Positions 60,717 through 64,000 of a stretch of DNA of 64,000 bases are shown piece by piece. The stretch lies in the NCBI GenBank assembly GCA_001915025.1, contig MNDR01000083.1, positions 151 through 64,150 of the forward strand, read 5' to 3'. The notes beneath the pieces were generated by a model, which was not told the origin of the DNA, ran no database searches, and worked only from the letters and a program-made list of their open reading frames with translations. The translations under genes were made by a program, and so were the position numbers. Position 1 is the first letter of the stretch, and the number at the start of each line of letters is the position of its first letter. The DNA is from Gemmatimonadetes bacterium 13_2_20CM_2_65_7. GTDB taxonomy: Bacteria; Gemmatimonadota; Gemmatimonadetes; Gemmatimonadales; GWC2-71-9.

Positions 60717-60749
60717 GGCCCCGGCGACTTTCGCCGGGGCCTTTTTTTT
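60717..60749 (+). terminator. Rho-independent terminator
   Basis: GGCCCCGGCGA-CTT-TCGCCGGGGCC followed by T8. Confidence 0.92.
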
Positions 60750-60751
60750 GA

Positions 60752-61822
60752 TTATTGCGGAATGAAGTCGATGCCTGGCTCGAGCCGGCGGGCGAACGCG
60801 GCGAGCAGCTCCGCCGCGCGATCGAGGTCCTGCAACGCCACCATCTCGTTGGGGCTGTGCATGTAGCGGTTGGGCACGCTCACGAGGCCGGTCGGGATAC
60901 CCCGCATCGCGTTATAAATGGCGTCGGCGTCCGTCCCCGTTTCCCGCGGGGCCGCCTGGATGGTGTAGGGCAGCTTTGCCTGCACCGCGCATTCGACCAG
61001 CAAGTCGAAGACGAGGGGACTGACCGACGAGCCACGCGTCAGGACGACGCCGCCGCCGAGCTTGTGATCGCCGGAGTGTTTCTTGTCGGCGCCGGGGTAG
61101 TCGGTTGCGTGCGTGACGTCGATGACGAGCGCCACGTCCGGCTCGATTCCGATCGCGCTGGTTCGCGCGCCGCTCCCGGTCCAGGCGATTTCCTCGCGCG
61201 TGGAGGCGACCGCAAACACCGCGGCGTGCTTGGGACGCTGGGACGCGAGCCGCCGTAACGCTTCGGCGGCCACGAAGGCGCCGATGCGGTTGTCGAGACT
61301 GCGCGATACGATCCGGTTGTTGGGGTACTCCTCCACGCGGCTGTCGATTACACCGGCGTCGCCGATACGAATTCTCGAGGCGGCCTCGTCCCGATTGGCG
61401 GCGCCGATGTCGATCCACAAGTCGATCACCTTGGTGACGCGATCGAGATCTTCCTTCTTCAGATGGTGAATGGCTTTCTTGCCGACGACTCCATGCACCG
61501 GTCCCTCGCGACCCAACAGCAAGACGCGCTGTCCGACCAGCACCTGCGAGTCCCAGCCGCCGATGCCGCTGAAGTAGAGAAACCCCTCCTCATCGATGTG
61601 CGTGATCTGGACGCCGATCTCGTCGATGTGGCCGGCGAACATGAGCCGCGGCTTCCCTTTGGGATTGACCGCCGCCACGGAGTTGCCATGCACATCGGCG
61701 CGTACGTCGTCCGCGAAGGTCGCGACTTCGTCGCGCCACAGGCGTGCAGGAGCCCGCTCGAACCCCGACGGGCCCGGCGTGTCGAGGAGCTGCTTCAGGA
61801 ATCCGACCGTCGGTAGCGTCAT
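60752..61822 (-). CDS. M42 family metallopeptidase
   Basis: PGPSGFE, AGHIDEIG, WIDIGA, LDNRIG, TREEI, IDVTHA, GTDAD and RYMHSPNE. Confidence 0.93.
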   Translation of the reverse strand: MTLPTVGFLKQLLDTPGPSGFERAPARLWRDEVATFADDVRADVHGNSVAAVNPKGKPRLMFAGHIDEIGVQITHIDEEGFLYFSGIGGWDSQVLVGQRVLLLGREGPVHGVVGKKAIHHLKKEDLDRVTKVIDLWIDIGAANRDEAASRIRIGDAGVIDSRVEEYPNNRIVSRSLDNRIGAFVAAEALRRLASQRPKHAAVFAVASTREEIAWTGSGARTSAIGIEPDVALVIDVTHATDYPGADKKHSGDHKLGGGVVLTRGSSVSPLVFDLLVECAVQAKLPYTIQAAPRETGTDADAIYNAMRGIPTGLVSVPNRYMHSPNEMVALQDLDRAAELLAAFARRLEPGIDFIPQ

Positions 61823-61849
61823 ACTGTCGTTATGATGTCTCGATAGTGT

Positions 61850-64000
61850 TTATTGCCTGCGGAATCCAACCCGATAGAGCAGGGTGCCAAGAATCGCGAA
61901 CATGACGAGCGCGACGATCGCCGAAGTCGCGAAGCCTCCGAGCGCGTGATAGAGCTGCACAGAGTCGGCCAACCAATCGGCGGATTTGCCGCGGGCACTG
62001 CCCCATCCCGCAATCGCTGCGACGGCAATGCCGCAGATCGCCCCACCGGCGATCAGCCCGCTCGCGAAGAGTACGCCGGGCCCCGATTCGATTTCCGCGA
62101 GCGACCGATTCGTCGACCGCACGCGGCGCTCGACCAGCCAGCGCACGACTCCGCCCGCGAACATGCCTGCCGATGTAGTGAGTGGCAGATACACGCCGAC
62201 CGCCACCGGCAACGACCCCACCCCCATCAGCTCGATGGCGATCGTCAGGAAGACCCCGATCAGCACCAACGCCCACGGCAGCTTGTGAGTCAGGATGCCG
62301 TCCGTGATGAGCGCCATCAGTGTGGCTTTGGGCGAGTCGAGCCGCTTCAGGTCGTGGCCCGCATACTCATGAATGCGGCCGCCGATGCCGGGGTCGACGA
62401 CGTAGCGGATCTCATGCGAGGCGGGATCGACGAGGTACTTGCCCGGCGGCACGCCCTGAGTCTGGACGTACACGCGAATGACCTGATAGGTGTTGTTGTC
62501 GATCGAATCGGTGCCGCCGACACCGAAATGCGTCATCGTCTCGCTGTGAACGACGACATTGCCGTCTGCGCTCTTGCCACTGGCCGGCGCGACAAAGCCG
62601 GCGCGCCGCTCCGGCACCTCGTACCGATAGGCGTTATTGAGGAATGTGAGCGTCCACCCTACGGCGAGCGCCGATCCGATGGCGCCGATGAGGATGGCGA
62701 TCTGCTGACGACGCGGGGTCGCGCCCACCAGAAATCCGGTCTTGAGGTCCTGCGACGTGTTTCCGCCGTTTGCGACCGCGACCGCGATCACGCAGGCGAT
62801 CGAAATCGCGCGCACGCGATCATCGATCTGCGTCCACCCGAGCAACAGGAAGATGAAAGAGATCGCGATGAGCGACGCGATCGTCATTCCGGAGATCGGG
62901 TTTGCCGAACTGCCGATCTGCCCGCAAATGCGGGACGACACCGTCGTGAAGAAGAAGCCGAACAGAATGATCAGGATACCGCCGAGGAGATTCACGCCGA
63001 TCTGGGGCAGGAGCGCCAGGACGATGGCGAGCGCGATCGAGCCGAACACGGTGACGCTGATTGGCAGATCGTCGTCGGTGCGCAATTTCGCGGCGATGGC
63101 CTGGCCGACCCGGCTCGCGCGCATGTCCGCAAAGCCGGCGCGGAACGCCGCGATGATGGTCGGCATCGAGCGCGCGAGCGCGATGATCCCGGCGCTGGCT
63201 ACCGCGCCCGCGCCGATATAGAAGACGAACGCGGCCCGGATCTCGCCCGCGCTCATGTCGCGGATCAGCTTGGTCGTTCCGAACATCGGCTCGGTCATGG
63301 AGCTGCCGAAGAGCTTGATCGCCGGCATCAGCACGACGTAGGCGAGACAGCCGCCGGCAAACAGGTAGCCCGCGATCCGCGGTCCAATGATGTATCCGAC
63401 GCCGAGCAGCTCGGGACTCACCTCCACCCGGACTTCGGCGTTCTGATAGCCGCGCAGCACCTTGCCGGGAAGCTCCTGCCACAGCTTCAAGGCCGTCATC
63501 AAGAACTTGTAGACGAACGCGATGCCGAATGCCTGGAATACCGTCTTGGCGTGGATGCCGCCGCGCTCACCGGCGATCAGCACTTCGGCGCACGCAGTGC
63601 CCTCGGGGTAGGGCAGATTGCCGTGCTCTTTCACGATCAGGGCGCGCCGCAGCGGAATCATCATCAGCACGCCCATCAGGCCACCCGCGATGGCGAGGAT
63701 CGTCACGCGCGAGATGTCGAGGTCGTAGCCCATCAACAAAATCGCGGGAATCGTGAACACGACCCCCGCGGACACCGAATCGGCTGCCGATCCGGTCGTT
63801 TGGACGATGTTATTCTCGAGGATCGTGGAGCGGCCAAACCACCGGAAAATTGTGATCGAGAGGACGGCGATGGGGATCGACGCGCTGACGGTCAAACCGA
63901 TCTTCAGCGCCAGATAGACGTTCGAGGCGCCGAAGATCAGGCCGAGCAGCACGCCCAGCGTAATCGCGCGCGGCGTGAGCTCGGCCGGAGCCTGGCTGGC
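61850..64000 (-). CDS. OPT family oligopeptide transporter; 5' end lies outside the window
   Basis: Frame is open to base 64000 (AELTPRAITLG). YLALKIGLTVSASIP, ILENNIVQT, LPYPEGTACAEVL, NPISGMTI and QDLKTGFLVGATP. Confidence 0.95.
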   Translation of the reverse strand, partial: ASQAPAELTPRAITLGVLLGLIFGASNVYLALKIGLTVSASIPIAVLSITIFRWFGRSTILENNIVQTTGSAADSVSAGVVFTIPAILLMGYDLDISRVTILAIAGGLMGVLMMIPLRRALIVKEHGNLPYPEGTACAEVLIAGERGGIHAKTVFQAFGIAFVYKFLMTALKLWQELPGKVLRGYQNAEVRVEVSPELLGVGYIIGPRIAGYLFAGGCLAYVVLMPAIKLFGSSMTEPMFGTTKLIRDMSAGEIRAAFVFYIGAGAVASAGIIALARSMPTIIAAFRAGFADMRASRVGQAIAAKLRTDDDLPISVTVFGSIALAIVLALLPQIGVNLLGGILIILFGFFFTTVSSRICGQIGSSANPISGMTIASLIAISFIFLLLGWTQIDDRVRAISIACVIAVAVANGGNTSQDLKTGFLVGATPRRQQIAILIGAIGSALAVGWTLTFLNNAYRYEVPERRAGFVAPASGKSADGNVVVHSETMTHFGVGGTDSIDNNTYQVIRVYVQTQGVPPGKYLVDPASHEIRYVVDPGIGGRIHEYAGHDLKRLDSPKATLMALITDGILTHKLPWALVLIGVFLTIAIELMGVGSLPVAVGVYLPLTTSAGMFAGGVVRWLVERRVRSTNRSLAEIESGPGVLFASGLIAGGAICGIAVAAIAGWGSARGKSADWLADSVQLYHALGGFATSAIVALVMFAILGTLLYRVGFRRQ

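Overview
GC-rich, densely packed bacterial chromosomal window with about 65 CDS, many coupled by 1-4 bp stop/start overlaps. Gene content resembles a diderm soil or sediment organism such as Gemmatimonadota (inference only, not a database result). I saw no rRNA, tRNA, CRISPR array, transposase or integrase. Most of the window is housekeeping and envelope genes: several peptidases, an OPT transporter, a TonB-dependent receptor, an ECF sigma/MacAB-TolC cluster, fabH, nth, asnB and cls. The standout is a co-directional operon at 19302-26306. It encodes a Cyc2-type cytochrome-porin fusion, a diheme cytochrome c, a type-1-copper cupredoxin-like protein and coxB-coxA-coxC-coxC'-coxD, which is the gene order of the Acidithiobacillus rus iron-oxidation operon. 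Its CoxA keeps the D-channel and the HPEVY site but lacks the K-channel Lys/Thr and a Mg-site Asp. The operon follows a truncated DinB-like gene and precedes two small ORFs missed by the ORF track: a 31-aa TM peptide and a 52-aa ArfA-like basic protein. Other notable items: a MsrP-like/cytochrome b pair with a Met-rich lipoprotein, a second unrelated cytochrome c/beta-barrel fusion, a 21-bp bidirectional leaderless promoter, a wHTH operon with two operator-like sites and a shortened UppS paralogue, heptamer/octamer repeats, and enrichment of D-S/T-hydrophobic motifs in exported proteins. All calls come from reading motifs by eye; no searches were run.
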